64,000 bases of DNA from an uncultured virus (IMG/VR IMGVR_UViG_3300027732_000008) (IMGVR_UViG_3300027732_000008); one strand, 5' to 3'; positions 28,687-39,008 are shown, numbered from the stretch's first letter. Translations and numbers: made by a program. The notes: generated by a model not told the origin, from the letters alone.

Positions 28687-29070
28687 TCAAGGCCAATAGG
28701 TATCTTGTCCAAGCAAGGCTCTTATGGATTGAAACTCTTTCCAGGCTTCTCTATACATGGGATTGTTTACCATCATGTCGTTGTGTTTGGCTCTGTTGTC
28801 AAGGTAAAAACTTGTTGGAGAAGTATCCTGTTTGTCTGCATATCTAATTACATGATCCAGTCTGGCCTCACACATCTGCCATTTTTTAAGCATTGCGCCC
28901 GTGACTTCAATTTTATAAAGATGCTCTTCATGTTCACTGTATGTAATTGCCATGTCAATGTCAGGCGATTCCCTAAAAGATAACGGCTGGAACAATGCAC
29001 GGCGTAAGGGTCGCTTTTCAATGACCCTTACTCCTTGTTCCTGCAACCATTCATCATGGCTGTCAGACAT
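28687..29070 (-). CDS. hypothetical protein
   Basis: 127-aa ORF directly after uvsX. Confidence 0.6.
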   Translation of the reverse strand: MSDSHDEWLQEQGVRVIEKRPLRRALFQPLSFRESPDIDMAITYSEHEEHLYKIEVTGAMLKKWQMCEARLDHVIRYADKQDTSPTSFYLDNRAKHNDMMVNNPMYREAWKEFQSIRALLGQDTYWP

Positions 29071-29072
29071 TG

Positions 29073-30167
29073 TTACGCCTCGGCTACTTCTGCGTCTATT
29101 TCGCCATTGGGGCTAATAGCGCCTTGATAGGCCAAATCTGTACCACGAGCCACAATGTCTGTCATGATCTTATCTAAAATTCCATCGGAGTAACCTTTAC
29201 GGAATTCTTTAATAATCTCACCATCCAATGTGGTATACACCAGTTTGTTGCCTTCTTTCTTAAGCCAACCGCGAGCTTCAAACAAGTCTACTAGGCCGCT
29301 GTATGGATCCATACCAGTGGTCCACGGAATTTCTACTTGCACACTTTCAAAGGGTTTTGAATAGCGTGTTTTCATAATTTTACAAGCGGCACGAATACCA
29401 TTTACTGTGGTGGTCTTGTTGCCATCAGCATCAACTTTAAGTTTGAGCTTTTTCATAGCCACCACCATTGAGCTGGCATAAACAAAGCCCGATCCGCCGG
29501 TGATTTTGTCATCGGGGTCAAACATGTCTTGACTTGCGTAGGTGTGGTTGGTAACAACCAAGCCAACCGGATGCGGAGCAATACGATTAACAGTATTCTT
29601 AATAAGAGCTGTCAATGCCTTGGCCTTACGACCCATGTCACCTTTCATGTCACCTGCTTCAAACTGGTTAATGTCTGTTGGAGTCAACAACATACCAACA
29701 GAGTCAATCACAAACAATACTTTCTTTTGTTCTTCGTATGGAAGATCTGCATAGGCTTCTTTGTATTCTTTCATGAACTCAGAGATAAACTTTGCCACTT
29801 CGTCAATCATTGATACGCCAAAGCGCATCAACTTGTCTGGTGCAGTATCAATGCCCAATGACCGTAACCAGTCTTCATCCAGTGCATTTTCACTGTCTAG
29901 TATAACTGGAAGTATGTCCAGCTTTTGTGCATGTCGAACCAGGTTACCCGAACAGATATAACTTTTGCCCGAACCGGATTCACCAGCAAACATAGTAACC
30001 TTACCAAGTGGAATGCCACGACCAAAGTCGCCGGTCATCAAATAGTTAAGTGTATGATTGCCTGTACTGATCCAATCTCGTGGATCGTTAAAGCCAGAAC
30101 TCATTGCTGGAATGGCTTTGGTTAAGTTTTTACGAAACTTAGAAACGTCAAATGCTTTTTGCGCCAT
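29073..30167 (-). CDS. uvsX: RecA-like recombinase UvsX
   Basis: AGESGSGKS, DSENA, IDS, DMGRKAK, NHTY, KTRY. Confidence 0.92.
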   Translation of the reverse strand: MAQKAFDVSKFRKNLTKAIPAMSSGFNDPRDWISTGNHTLNYLMTGDFGRGIPLGKVTMFAGESGSGKSYICSGNLVRHAQKLDILPVILDSENALDEDWLRSLGIDTAPDKLMRFGVSMIDEVAKFISEFMKEYKEAYADLPYEEQKKVLFVIDSVGMLLTPTDINQFEAGDMKGDMGRKAKALTALIKNTVNRIAPHPVGLVVTNHTYASQDMFDPDDKITGGSGFVYASSMVVAMKKLKLKVDADGNKTTTVNGIRAACKIMKTRYSKPFESVQVEIPWTTGMDPYSGLVDLFEARGWLKKEGNKLVYTTLDGEIIKEFRKGYSDGILDKIMTDIVARGTDLAYQGAISPNGEIDAEVAEA

Positions 30168-30188
30168 GTTATCCTCTAGTAGAAATTA

Positions 30189-30216
30189 AGAGGGTAGAAT
30201 CGCTCTACCCTCTTTC
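30189..30216 (-). terminator. hairpin/terminator between ssb and uvsX
   Basis: AGAGGGTAGA-gcgat-TCTACCCTCT. Confidence 0.6.
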
Positions 30217-30221
30217 AGCAA

Positions 30222-31205
30222 TTAAGTTGTGCTACGGTTACGAATCATCTTTAGGATGTCGTCAACGCTTGGCTTAGCTGTTCCACTATCAGATGGTGTT
30301 GCTGTTGCAGTTACTTGCGCTGGTGCAGGCTTACTTGCCACTGGTGCAGGCTTACTTGCCACTGGTGCAGGTGTATCTTCATCTGCATCAGCCGCGGCTC
30401 CTGTGGCGCCAACGATCTGAACGCCACTTGGACGATAGAACTTGCTCCACTTGTTAGGATCATACAACTGACCGTCAACGCTGGCTTCAAACATTTCCAT
30501 GATGGCACGGACTTCGTCAACACCTGGACGCTTGGGCATAAAGTCGTTGAGATTAAACAAACCATGTTGTGCAATTGCTTGCAGTTCAGTTTCGTTTAAG
30601 CCACGCTCTTTACGAGCCCAACCGCTTGTTGAGTAGTCTGCGTATCCACCCTTTTGGGTTTTGTTTAGACGGAAGTCTGTGCCACGCTGATAATCAGTTG
30701 GCAATTCTTCCATGTCTGGATCCATCAATGCTTGCTTGATGATTGTAAAAATCTGTGGGCTGATGATGAATCGGCGTACTGGATTTTCCGGAGTGCTTTG
30801 TTCTTCCATTGGGCTGTTGACAACAAAGCCCTGAAAAACATAACTGCGTTTCTTCCAATATGTACGACCTAGTTTTTCTAGGTTAGGGTCCTTGAACCAA
30901 GGACGAATTGTAGCGTGAACTGGGCATGTTTCGCCCCACATTTCAACGCAAGGTACTTGTACAACAACTTTCTTAGTTTCGTCCTGACCTGCTACTCCGC
31001 TGAACGGAATACGAATCATCTGACGCTCACGCCAAAAGAATGTATTTGTGTCATCTCCATCTGGGAGAAAACGCATTGATGCGGATGTACCTTCGGGGAT
31101 GTTCCAGTGTGCGTAAATTGCGTTATCACCGGTGCTGGTGTTAGAACCACCAGACTTTTGTGCTTGCTCGGCTAAGCGAGCGCGGATTTCTGCTAAAGAT
31201 GCCAT
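30222..31205 (-). CDS. single-stranded DNA-binding protein (T4 gp32-like)
   Basis: RFLPD, C..W...CPV, YWKKR, G.DFRL.K..KGGYADYSTS.W. Confidence 0.88.
   Translation of the reverse strand: MASLAEIRARLAEQAQKSGGSNTSTGDNAIYAHWNIPEGTSASMRFLPDGDDTNTFFWRERQMIRIPFSGVAGQDETKKVVVQVPCVEMWGETCPVHATIRPWFKDPNLEKLGRTYWKKRSYVFQGFVVNSPMEEQSTPENPVRRFIISPQIFTIIKQALMDPDMEELPTDYQRGTDFRLNKTQKGGYADYSTSGWARKERGLNETELQAIAQHGLFNLNDFMPKRPGVDEVRAIMEMFEASVDGQLYDPNKWSKFYRPSGVQIVGATGAAADADEDTPAPVASKPAPVASKPAPAQVTATATPSDSGTAKPSVDDILKMIRNRSTT
30320..30371. repeat. 21-bp tandem repeat (~2.5 copies; PAPVASK linker)
   Basis: ctggtgcaggcttacttgcca repeated. Confidence 0.9.
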
Positions 31206-31424
31206 GATAAATTTCCTTTATGTATTAGCCAATATTAGTGTTAGACCCTATTGGGTCAAACAACACACGCTTCAATTGTTTGGGCATGTGTTGTATTATA
31301 CTTATGATTGCGGTCAAAGAGCAATAGCCAAATCAATCTATTTTTGCCATTTTGGACAAATGCGTTAAAATTCATGTTTTGGTAAATACTTCAAAGCCAC
31401 GACCCTGGCAAAAAGGAAAATACA

Positions 31425-34352
31425 ATGTCAACTCGTAAAATTAATACCATCAAGCTAACTGACGCAACACCAAGCGACCACTTGGGACGCTGGGGCGAAA
31501 TCACCTACAGGGACGGATACCTGTACTACCATGATGGTGTTACCCCAGGTGGTGAACTGATTGGGGGTGGTGGGAGCGGTGGTGGAGGCCCTACTACATG
31601 GACCAGCATTACAGGCATGCCCAGCTTTGCCGCTGTTGCTACAAGCGGTGCGTATGCTGACTTAACAGGCAAGCCGGCAACAACTAGCGTTTTTAATACG
31701 GGCACAACAAGATCAATAAGTGGTGAGTATGGTGTATCGGACTCCTCTGGGACAACCGTAGTCGCTGGCGGAACAGGCACTGGTACTAATATGTTTTATT
31801 GGGGTCCTAATGGTTCAATTGCAAATTGCACAGCATTAATTGATGCATTAGCTTCTTCGTTAGGAATCACTGTTGCAGGTTTGATTGGAACGAATGTTTC
31901 TAGTCCTAATATGGTAGGTGGTGCAACAATAGTTGGTATGGGTTATACAGATCGCGGTGATGGTACATTTACTCCAGTATGTTGGATCAGCGGAGAAATT
32001 ACCAGTTCAGCAGGAGGAGTAGCAACCTTTGGTGGTGGCCTAACATTTCAAGATAATACTGTACAGACAACTGCTTACACTGGAGAACATGATCACGAAG
32101 CCTATGAAATAACAAACACAAGTGCCTCAGGTACGACACATTCAGTTAGCGTAGGCACTGATGGAATGATTTCATTCCCAGTAATAGATGGCGAAAGAAC
32201 TCTATGGGGTGCGGTTGACGAAGATTTCAATATTAAAACAACCAGAACCGAGCCTGGAATTGATGCCGACATTAGTATACTAAGCGCAGACGACATATGG
32301 ATGGAAGCAGGCGACGATATTGATCTTAAGGCAGACGGCACGGTTCGTATTACATCTGATAATGCTGCCGCCGGCCCCCAATGGAGCTTTGGCACAGATG
32401 GTACATTAACATTACCAAGTGGCGGAGCGGTAGATGGCAACTTTGTCGATGGTCAATGGTTAGATGTTTGGTTGACAGCACCAGAAGGAGCAACTAAAAC
32501 AGCAGGTGTTCGAGATTTCTTTGGTAAGACAGTGGCTTATGTCAACGAAGATAGTTTTATAATACAAACCAATCGAGCAGTATCTACTAGATCTTGGATC
32601 TTTGGTGAGGATGGTATCCTAACATTACCAGCAGGTGGTACTATCACAGAAGGTGGCGGACTCACAGGTGCTATTCGACTAACGCCAGCAGGTGGAGCCA
32701 ATGAATATCAAGCATTGGTAATTTACCCAACCGCAGGAGATGGTGATCACATACACTTGACCGCAGGTGGTGGCACCACTGACCTGTATCTAGGCAATGA
32801 TAATCAGTATGTCCAGATTCAGCATAGTGGTCATGTAGTAGTACAAGCCGCTGATGGCGTAGACTATAGTCAATGGCTGTTTAACAAAAATGGTGACCTA
32901 ACATTGCCAGCTGGTGGAGACATTAAAGACAGCAACGGCGCAAGCGTATTAGGCGGCGGCGGAGTTGGCACTTTAGATTCAGTAACTGACACTGGTTCAA
33001 CCACTACCAACGGCATAACAGTTGGTTCAGTGACACTGACAAACGGAGCAGTGATTCGAGACACTACGGGTAATGCAGTGGCCATTGGTAAAGATGCTGG
33101 CCTAACCACACAAGGCACTCAAGCAGTGGCAATTGGTATCAATGCTGGAGTGACCACACAAGGCAACAACTCAGTGGCCATTGGTCCCGGTGCCGGCGCC
33201 AGCACACAAGGCACAGAAGCAGTGGCAATTGGGACCGGTGCTGGTGAAACCATACAAGGTAATAGTGCTGTGGCAGTTGGCTACAATGCTGGATTAACCA
33301 CACAAGGTCAAAACTCAGTGGCCATTGGTAAAGATGCTGGCTCAAATAGTCAAGGCATCTTCGCAGTGGCCATTGGCAGGGATGCTGGCCATACCACTCA
33401 AGGCGGTGGTGCAGTGGCCATGGGCCGCAGTGCTGGCGGCAACACACAAGGCACCTCGGCTGTGGCCATTGGCGAGCAGGCTGGCGAAACCACACAAGGC
33501 AACTACTCAGTGGCCGTTGGTTCTATTGCTGGCTCAAGTGACCAAGGCGTCGGTGCAGTGGCCATTGGTACAGCCGCTGGTTCAATCACACAAGGCCAAA
33601 ACTCAGTGGCCGTTGGCTACAATGCTGGCGCAAATGCCCAAGGCGAACAAGCAGTGGCCATTGGCTTAAATGCTGGACTGACCTCACAAGGCAATTACGC
33701 AGTGGCCGTTGGTCATGGTGCTGGTCAAACTAGTCAACCTGGGTACACGATCATATTAAATGCCACTGGCTCAGCAGTCAACGGCGTTGAGGCTCAAACT
33801 GATAGTTTTTATGTGGCACCAATTAGAAGTGCCACAGCAACAGCCAATGTGTTATATTACGACACCACAACCAAAGAAGTAACTTATGGTGCAGGTGCTG
33901 TTTCATTTGATGGCAACTACAATAGTTTAACTAACAAACCAACTATCAGAATAGCTGTGGCAGCTGGCTCAGGCCCCGGTGGCAACTTGCAAGCAGATTC
34001 GTTGGCATTGGCTGGTCTTAACCCCACTGAAAACATACCTTCAACCTACGGCGGCGACTTGATACTTCAAGGTGGTGTAGGTGGCGCCAACGGCGACTTG
34101 TATGGTGAAGTTAGAATCAAAAGTGGAACTATTGGTGCAAACTATGAATGGCACTTTACCACTGACAAGAAAATTAAACTGCCAGCAGGTGGTAGCATTG
34201 TTGACAGCACAGGTACCAGTGTATTGGGTGGTAGTGGTAGCTATGCTCCGGCGGTTCCAGCTAACTGGGCAAGTCCAGCTCCTACTACAATAGCTGAAGC
34301 CTTGAATCGAATAGCTGCCAAGCTGTTAACTTTGGGCGGTGACCTGCCTTAA
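31425..34352 (+). CDS. tail-fibre/adhesin-like protein with YadA-like beta-roll repeats
   Basis: 975 aa; 14 x 16-aa xxAVAIGxxAGxxxQG repeats; repeated W.F..DG.LTLP.GG modules; own TAAATA (31383-31388) and terminator. Confidence 0.8.
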   Translation: MSTRKINTIKLTDATPSDHLGRWGEITYRDGYLYYHDGVTPGGELIGGGGSGGGGPTTWTSITGMPSFAAVATSGAYADLTGKPATTSVFNTGTTRSISGEYGVSDSSGTTVVAGGTGTGTNMFYWGPNGSIANCTALIDALASSLGITVAGLIGTNVSSPNMVGGATIVGMGYTDRGDGTFTPVCWISGEITSSAGGVATFGGGLTFQDNTVQTTAYTGEHDHEAYEITNTSASGTTHSVSVGTDGMISFPVIDGERTLWGAVDEDFNIKTTRTEPGIDADISILSADDIWMEAGDDIDLKADGTVRITSDNAAAGPQWSFGTDGTLTLPSGGAVDGNFVDGQWLDVWLTAPEGATKTAGVRDFFGKTVAYVNEDSFIIQTNRAVSTRSWIFGEDGILTLPAGGTITEGGGLTGAIRLTPAGGANEYQALVIYPTAGDGDHIHLTAGGGTTDLYLGNDNQYVQIQHSGHVVVQAADGVDYSQWLFNKNGDLTLPAGGDIKDSNGASVLGGGGVGTLDSVTDTGSTTTNGITVGSVTLTNGAVIRDTTGNAVAIGKDAGLTTQGTQAVAIGINAGVTTQGNNSVAIGPGAGASTQGTEAVAIGTGAGETIQGNSAVAVGYNAGLTTQGQNSVAIGKDAGSNSQGIFAVAIGRDAGHTTQGGGAVAMGRSAGGNTQGTSAVAIGEQAGETTQGNYSVAVGSIAGSSDQGVGAVAIGTAAGSITQGQNSVAVGYNAGANAQGEQAVAIGLNAGLTSQGNYAVAVGHGAGQTSQPGYTIILNATGSAVNGVEAQTDSFYVAPIRSATATANVLYYDTTTKEVTYGAGAVSFDGNYNSLTNKPTIRIAVAAGSGPGGNLQADSLALAGLNPTENIPSTYGGDLILQGGVGGANGDLYGEVRIKSGTIGANYEWHFTTDKKIKLPAGGSIVDSTGTSVLGGSGSYAPAVPANWASPAPTTIAEALNRIAAKLLTLGGDLP
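33069..33740 (+). repeat. 48-bp period coding tandem repeat, 14 copies
   Basis: cagtggc(c/a)(a/g)ttgg recurring every 48 nt. Confidence 0.9.
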
Positions 34353-34356
34353 AATA

Positions 34357-34383
34357 GAAAAAGCCCCGCAAGGGGCTTTTTTT
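34357..34383. terminator. bidirectional intrinsic terminator
   Basis: AAAAAGCCCC-GCAA-GGGGCTTTTTT between convergent genes. Confidence 0.9.
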
Positions 34384-34397
34384 GAAGTTAAATTAAG

Positions 34398-35249
34398 TTA
34401 ACCTAGCAACTTGTTTAGTGCATCATCAAGTTCTTTGATAGACTCACTGACCATAGACTGCTCAACAACTGAATCCTTTGGTGGTAGTTGGTATTCAAAT
34501 ACACCCACCAAGTCTCCTGTGCGGGCCGCTCTTTCCATTGTGCGCTTTAGTGCTACAACTTCAGCTTGTCCTCGTTCACGGATCTCATCAATTTGTTGAG
34601 TGTTATCCAGACGCTTGCTCCAACGAAGCAGTTCCATAATGTCCTTGCGTCTACGACTAATTTCTAATATCTTAGAACCGTTGTTGTCCCAAGGCTTGCC
34701 ACCGCTTTCAACATGTAGTGCCATGACACGGGCACCTAGTAAATGATTATAAGGATAGCGGAAACGCTCGCCGTCTTTCTCAACAAATATTGCACCAATA
34801 TTGCGACTGCGAGCACCTGGCTTTTCTTCAGTGACAGGTTTATTGTGACGAAGAATTAACTTTGTGCCACCCAGTGGCTTGTAGCTTGTTTTTGTAGTGT
34901 TACGGCTTTCTGCAACATCTGTACGGTGAATCAATTTCTTAGGAGTAATGCCGCCGGCATAACTTCTGATCACTATTCCGTATAAGTTTCTATGTGCAAT
35001 TTCTTCCACTGTGGGTTTGAATGTTTCTTCAAACCATTCTTTATCTGTTTTGATTGGATCAAACCAAATTTCAACATTATTCTCATCGTGATTAATCATT
35101 ACCATAACTGATTGTTCTGGTAGATATTGATAGATAGCGTTCTGCTGTTTCAGGGTAGCGGCACCATCGGCATCTGTATAGTGTGCCATGTGACTAACGC
35201 CCGCAACTGCGGCGGCTATTTCGCTTGAAAGATCTTGTTCTGTTGCCAT
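34398..35249 (-). CDS. hypothetical protein (virion-associated candidate)
   Basis: 283 aa; ATG 5 nt after TAAATA; ARSRNI..IFVE..GERF. Confidence 0.65.
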   Translation of the reverse strand: MATEQDLSSEIAAAVAGVSHMAHYTDADGAATLKQQNAIYQYLPEQSVMVMINHDENNVEIWFDPIKTDKEWFEETFKPTVEEIAHRNLYGIVIRSYAGGITPKKLIHRTDVAESRNTTKTSYKPLGGTKLILRHNKPVTEEKPGARSRNIGAIFVEKDGERFRYPYNHLLGARVMALHVESGGKPWDNNGSKILEISRRRKDIMELLRWSKRLDNTQQIDEIRERGQAEVVALKRTMERAARTGDLVGVFEYQLPPKDSVVEQSMVSESIKELDDALNKLLG

Positions 35250-35257
35250 AATTGTAT

Positions 35258-36817
35258 TTAGTTTAAAAAGCCAATAGGCATGGGCTTCATCATCTCTTCT
35301 GATCCATAATCAACCAACTTTTCGTAGGTTTCAACATCCCATGTCATGACAACTTCTACTATTCTGATTACCAGCAATGTTGCCATTACCAAGTCGTCTG
35401 TTTCACCATCTTTTGCGGCAAAGCTGGCTCCACGAGCAATGAAGTTCTTTAGTTCTCGTAGCAAGTTATGACTACGAATTGTCATTTTATCAGCTTCTAC
35501 ATAGTTCTTTAAACGCATGCATGCTGATATTTTTGTCTTGTGTGTGGTAGCGAAACCACGGCGCCCTCGGCTCTGTCCTGCTCTGCGTATTTCTTGTACA
35601 AATGTACCTGGAATGTTTTCTTCGCCAAATTCTCGAATACTAATAAGCGCGGCTTCACCAATGGTATTGTTTTCAACACTCCAGTACAATTCTGTATTGT
35701 TGCCTGTTTCATCGCTTAACCATTTTAAAATAGACACAAGTGTACGCAATTGTCCTTGCATGTCTGTTTTATTATGTTGCCATTCTGCAATCTGTTCCAT
35801 CTCTGGAATCTTAAAGATCTGTATAGCGGCAGGATCTCCACCTGTGCCCAAACTTGGATCCCATCCAATGACATAAGATCCATTGCGCTCTGGAAATTTA
35901 TAAACTCTGACCTGGCCCATTTTGTTGCTTGGGTCTTTGCCTTCCATGCTAACAAGCTTCATTGGATGAATCAATGTTTCATCTGCAATAATAAATTCAC
36001 ATTCGTGCTCGCGTAAGAATCGTTCTTCTCCAATCTTACTGCGCTCAACTTGTGCCCATACTATATCACGGTCTGGATGCTTGCTCCAAATAAATTTAAT
36101 GTGTGCAAATCCGTTGCGGCCAATGCCTGTGGTATTTGTGTTACCGTACTCGTCGACATTCTTTGTTGCTTCTTTCCAAATACGGGCAAATTGGTCATCG
36201 TCCTGATTAGGTGTGCTTGTAATAATACACTTGCCACCTGTTGACAATGTTGGACTGATTGATGTCCAGAACTCAGTTGCAATCCTAGGCTTGACGAAAG
36301 CAAACTCGTCGCAATAAATCAATGACAGTGACATACCACGAGCTGTTGTTTCTGTTGTTGTGGCACTTACAATACGACTGCCGTTGTCAAAGTCAATGCT
36401 ACCTTTGTTATAACTGACTGCTCCAGCTTTTAAAAATGTTGGAAGAGTTTCGTATGTAAATCGTACTCGTTGCATAATTTCTTGAGCACCTGCATACTTG
36501 TGTGCCGCAATAAGAATTGTTTGATCTGCCATGAACATGGCTCGCCATACTAGGTATGCCGCGGCACATGCTGTCTTGCCCATCTGTCGACCCAGCATGT
36601 TGATACTGTAACGATTTTCATGATAGCAAGTGATTAGTTCGCGTTGATAATCAAACAGTTTAAAAGGAACTTTACCTCTGGTTGGATGCTGTACCCAACA
36701 GTAGGTATCAATAAAGTAAACTGGATCTTGGGCACACAAGGCAAGTTCACGGACATTTTCGTCCGTGAACTTTTCTACTTTGAACGGTGCCTTGACAAAA
36801 TTATTTTCAAGTGCCAT
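35258..36817 (-). CDS. terminase large subunit (gp17-like)
   Basis: DPVYF, YQ, RQMGKT, DEFAF, STPN, nuclease GWDPS...DDLVM. Confidence 0.95.
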   Translation of the reverse strand: MALENNFVKAPFKVEKFTDENVRELALCAQDPVYFIDTYCWVQHPTRGKVPFKLFDYQRELITCYHENRYSINMLGRQMGKTACAAAYLVWRAMFMADQTILIAAHKYAGAQEIMQRVRFTYETLPTFLKAGAVSYNKGSIDFDNGSRIVSATTTETTARGMSLSLIYCDEFAFVKPRIATEFWTSISPTLSTGGKCIITSTPNQDDDQFARIWKEATKNVDEYGNTNTTGIGRNGFAHIKFIWSKHPDRDIVWAQVERSKIGEERFLREHECEFIIADETLIHPMKLVSMEGKDPSNKMGQVRVYKFPERNGSYVIGWDPSLGTGGDPAAIQIFKIPEMEQIAEWQHNKTDMQGQLRTLVSILKWLSDETGNNTELYWSVENNTIGEAALISIREFGEENIPGTFVQEIRRAGQSRGRRGFATTHKTKISACMRLKNYVEADKMTIRSHNLLRELKNFIARGASFAAKDGETDDLVMATLLVIRIVEVVMTWDVETYEKLVDYGSEEMMKPMPIGFLN

Positions 36818-36829
36818 TAGGCCTCCGTA

Positions 36830-38371
36830 TTACTTCTTACCAGTAATGCTCTCTGAAACAAATTTTCGATATTCGCCCATTGCAATTTCAAATGCTTCTT
36901 CAACACCAATGTCTGTTGTGCCCATTGGGTTTTCGCCTTGACCGTTTGCACGATTTTGACCATAGTCAGCGTGTCCGCCACCTGTGCCGGGTTTGCTAGG
37001 TAATTTGTCAAAAGTAGTACCTTTGTCGTCTGCTTTACCCTGTGGACTATTTGCCCATTCGTTAATGCCGGCCAATGCTAAAATACGACTGTATTCTTGT
37101 TGTCCTTCATATACGCCTTGACCGTACACATTGCTTGCAGTTGCTGGTGCATCTTCTTTGACTTCTTTGTCTTTGTCTGCCCAATCAGGAATTCCATCAC
37201 CGTCGGCATCTGGCTTCTTGTTGTCGTCTTTGTCATCAGCTTTGGCATCAGACTTGCCACCATTTTTCTTGGCAATCATTTTTGCAAATGCGGCCTTTTG
37301 TGCGGCGCTTTGTGCTTCGTTGGTAACACCAGCCAATTGAAGAATACGAGCAGACGACTCATCAACATAATAAAACAATTCTTCGAGCTCTTCCTGAGTT
37401 GGTTCTTGGTCAAAATATGTAAACTTTGAATGATTCACTATCTTACCAGTAGTTTTATCAAAAATATGAATACTATTCATATCGTCGGGGCTACCCACTT
37501 TGTAGCCCAATGGACCATTTTCTGGGAATTCAAAATCATCCTGTGACATTTTAGGGTCACCAGACGACTCATGTAAACTGTCAAATGCCAGTTCGTTTGC
37601 AATTTCACCGTGTTGATCATTGAGTTCATTCATTTCATCTTCACTTAGGTCTGTGCCATCAGTAAACGAAGCTTGGCTAATGTATGCATCACTGAAATCT
37701 GGATAGTCTCTGGAATCCACACCATCAACTTGAAGACTGGCTCTGTCAACTTCTTTACCAGAAATCATAATGCCTGACGCTTCTTTAACATAACCAGATT
37801 CTTTAACTTCTTCTTCTTCTTCTTTTTCAGGAACTGCGCCTGCCGGAACTGGTGTGTCATCTTCATGATCTTCTTCTGACCCGCCGTAGTTGCCAGGGCC
37901 TGCTTTGTGAACTTGTCCTGTTGCAGTTTGTGTAACTGTTCCGCCTTTGGAAGTTCTTGAAACATCACCTGCCGCTTCTTCAACATCTGGTTCTGCACCA
38001 TGATCTTGCATGTCATGATCGCCGTCGCCATCAGCATCTAGCCTTGGATCCATTGGAGGTTGTTGACCCATTGTTTGTGCGCCCATTGGTGGCAACTCGG
38101 CTTCTGGAGCCTCACCGCCCATGGCACCTGGTTCAACTGCAATGGCAATTTCTGGTTCAGCACTTGCGCCACCAACATTGATACCAGCTAAACGAAGGAT
38201 GTTTCCAATTTCGTCTGCGCTGTCTGTGGTGACACTAATATTCTTGCCAGGCATAGAAATAGTCACTGACATTTGTTCGGATTGTCCGCTTTGTTGCATG
38301 GCGTCTGTATAGCATTCAGCAACGCCTTCTTTTGCGCCGCGGATACCTTCAGTTAATTTGTTATTTCTCAT
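36830..38371 (-). CDS. acidic low-complexity protein, putative prohead core/internal protein
   Basis: 513 aa; three IL.LAG motifs, DADGDG motifs, many VKE/VEE/LHE sites. Confidence 0.6.
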   Translation of the reverse strand: MRNNKLTEGIRGAKEGVAECYTDAMQQSGQSEQMSVTISMPGKNISVTTDSADEIGNILRLAGINVGGASAEPEIAIAVEPGAMGGEAPEAELPPMGAQTMGQQPPMDPRLDADGDGDHDMQDHGAEPDVEEAAGDVSRTSKGGTVTQTATGQVHKAGPGNYGGSEEDHEDDTPVPAGAVPEKEEEEEVKESGYVKEASGIMISGKEVDRASLQVDGVDSRDYPDFSDAYISQASFTDGTDLSEDEMNELNDQHGEIANELAFDSLHESSGDPKMSQDDFEFPENGPLGYKVGSPDDMNSIHIFDKTTGKIVNHSKFTYFDQEPTQEELEELFYYVDESSARILQLAGVTNEAQSAAQKAAFAKMIAKKNGGKSDAKADDKDDNKKPDADGDGIPDWADKDKEVKEDAPATASNVYGQGVYEGQQEYSRILALAGINEWANSPQGKADDKGTTFDKLPSKPGTGGGHADYGQNRANGQGENPMGTTDIGVEEAFEIAMGEYRKFVSESITGKK

Positions 38372-38988
38372 TTTTTAGCTCCTGACTTGGTTGGATATGG
38401 AATATCCTGTTTCTTTGTTCCCACTGGACTAGTTTTGCCATCTGCTGGCTCTTCCCAAGTTGGGCTTGTTTTTGCTGACTCTTTAGATTGTGTGATATTC
38501 TTACGAGCTTCGGCTCGGTTATTATCTAAATCTTTTAATAGACTTTGATTATACTTATCTCCAGAAGCATCATCTGCTGAAACAGCATTTGCTTCTTCTT
38601 TGGTGTAATCTGTACAAAGTTTGGCCTCATAATTTGGCTCTTTGTCATCTTCTATTTGTTGTTCAATTGGTTCGTCGCGTCCAAATACCTTAATGGTTCC
38701 TTCTCGACAAAATAGTAGTCCACGAAGCTCTGCTTCTAATGTGGGTGTACTAATTGGTAAGCGGGTCACTACATCAACAATAACAATTTCTGCTCCACCA
38801 TATTGTGGAAAATCCATTGGTAATGCTTGTAGCATTAATTTTTCTGGGCGACCTACCTCTAACGCATCATATTTTTTCATATGGCGTTCTAAACATTCTA
38901 ACTGTGCTTCAGATGGCCGAAAAACCATCTTAATACGGTAGCGATGTTCACGCTGTAACTTGCTGATATACTCTAGTAGGGTTGGCAT
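38368..38988 (-). CDS. hypothetical protein
   Basis: 206 aa; MPTLLEYI N-terminus; TAAATA at 39010-39015. Confidence 0.65.
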   Translation of the reverse strand: MPTLLEYISKLQREHRYRIKMVFRPSEAQLECLERHMKKYDALEVGRPEKLMLQALPMDFPQYGGAEIVIVDVVTRLPISTPTLEAELRGLLFCREGTIKVFGRDEPIEQQIEDDKEPNYEAKLCTDYTKEEANAVSADDASGDKYNQSLLKDLDNNRAEARKNITQSKESAKTSPTWEEPADGKTSPVGTKKQDIPYPTKSGAKK

Positions 38989-39008
38989 AATTAAATCCTC
39001 TTATAAGA

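Noticed and set aside
33069..33740. CRISPR array or ice-nucleation repeat
   Set aside because: Repeats are degenerate, in-frame and coding. The 16-aa period matches InaZ, but the GYGSTxTA motif is absent.
5593..36817. Introns/inteins in nrdA, nrdB, helicases, uvsX or terminase
   Set aside because: All are uninterrupted and of ordinary length; no homing-endonuclease or splice-junction motifs seen.
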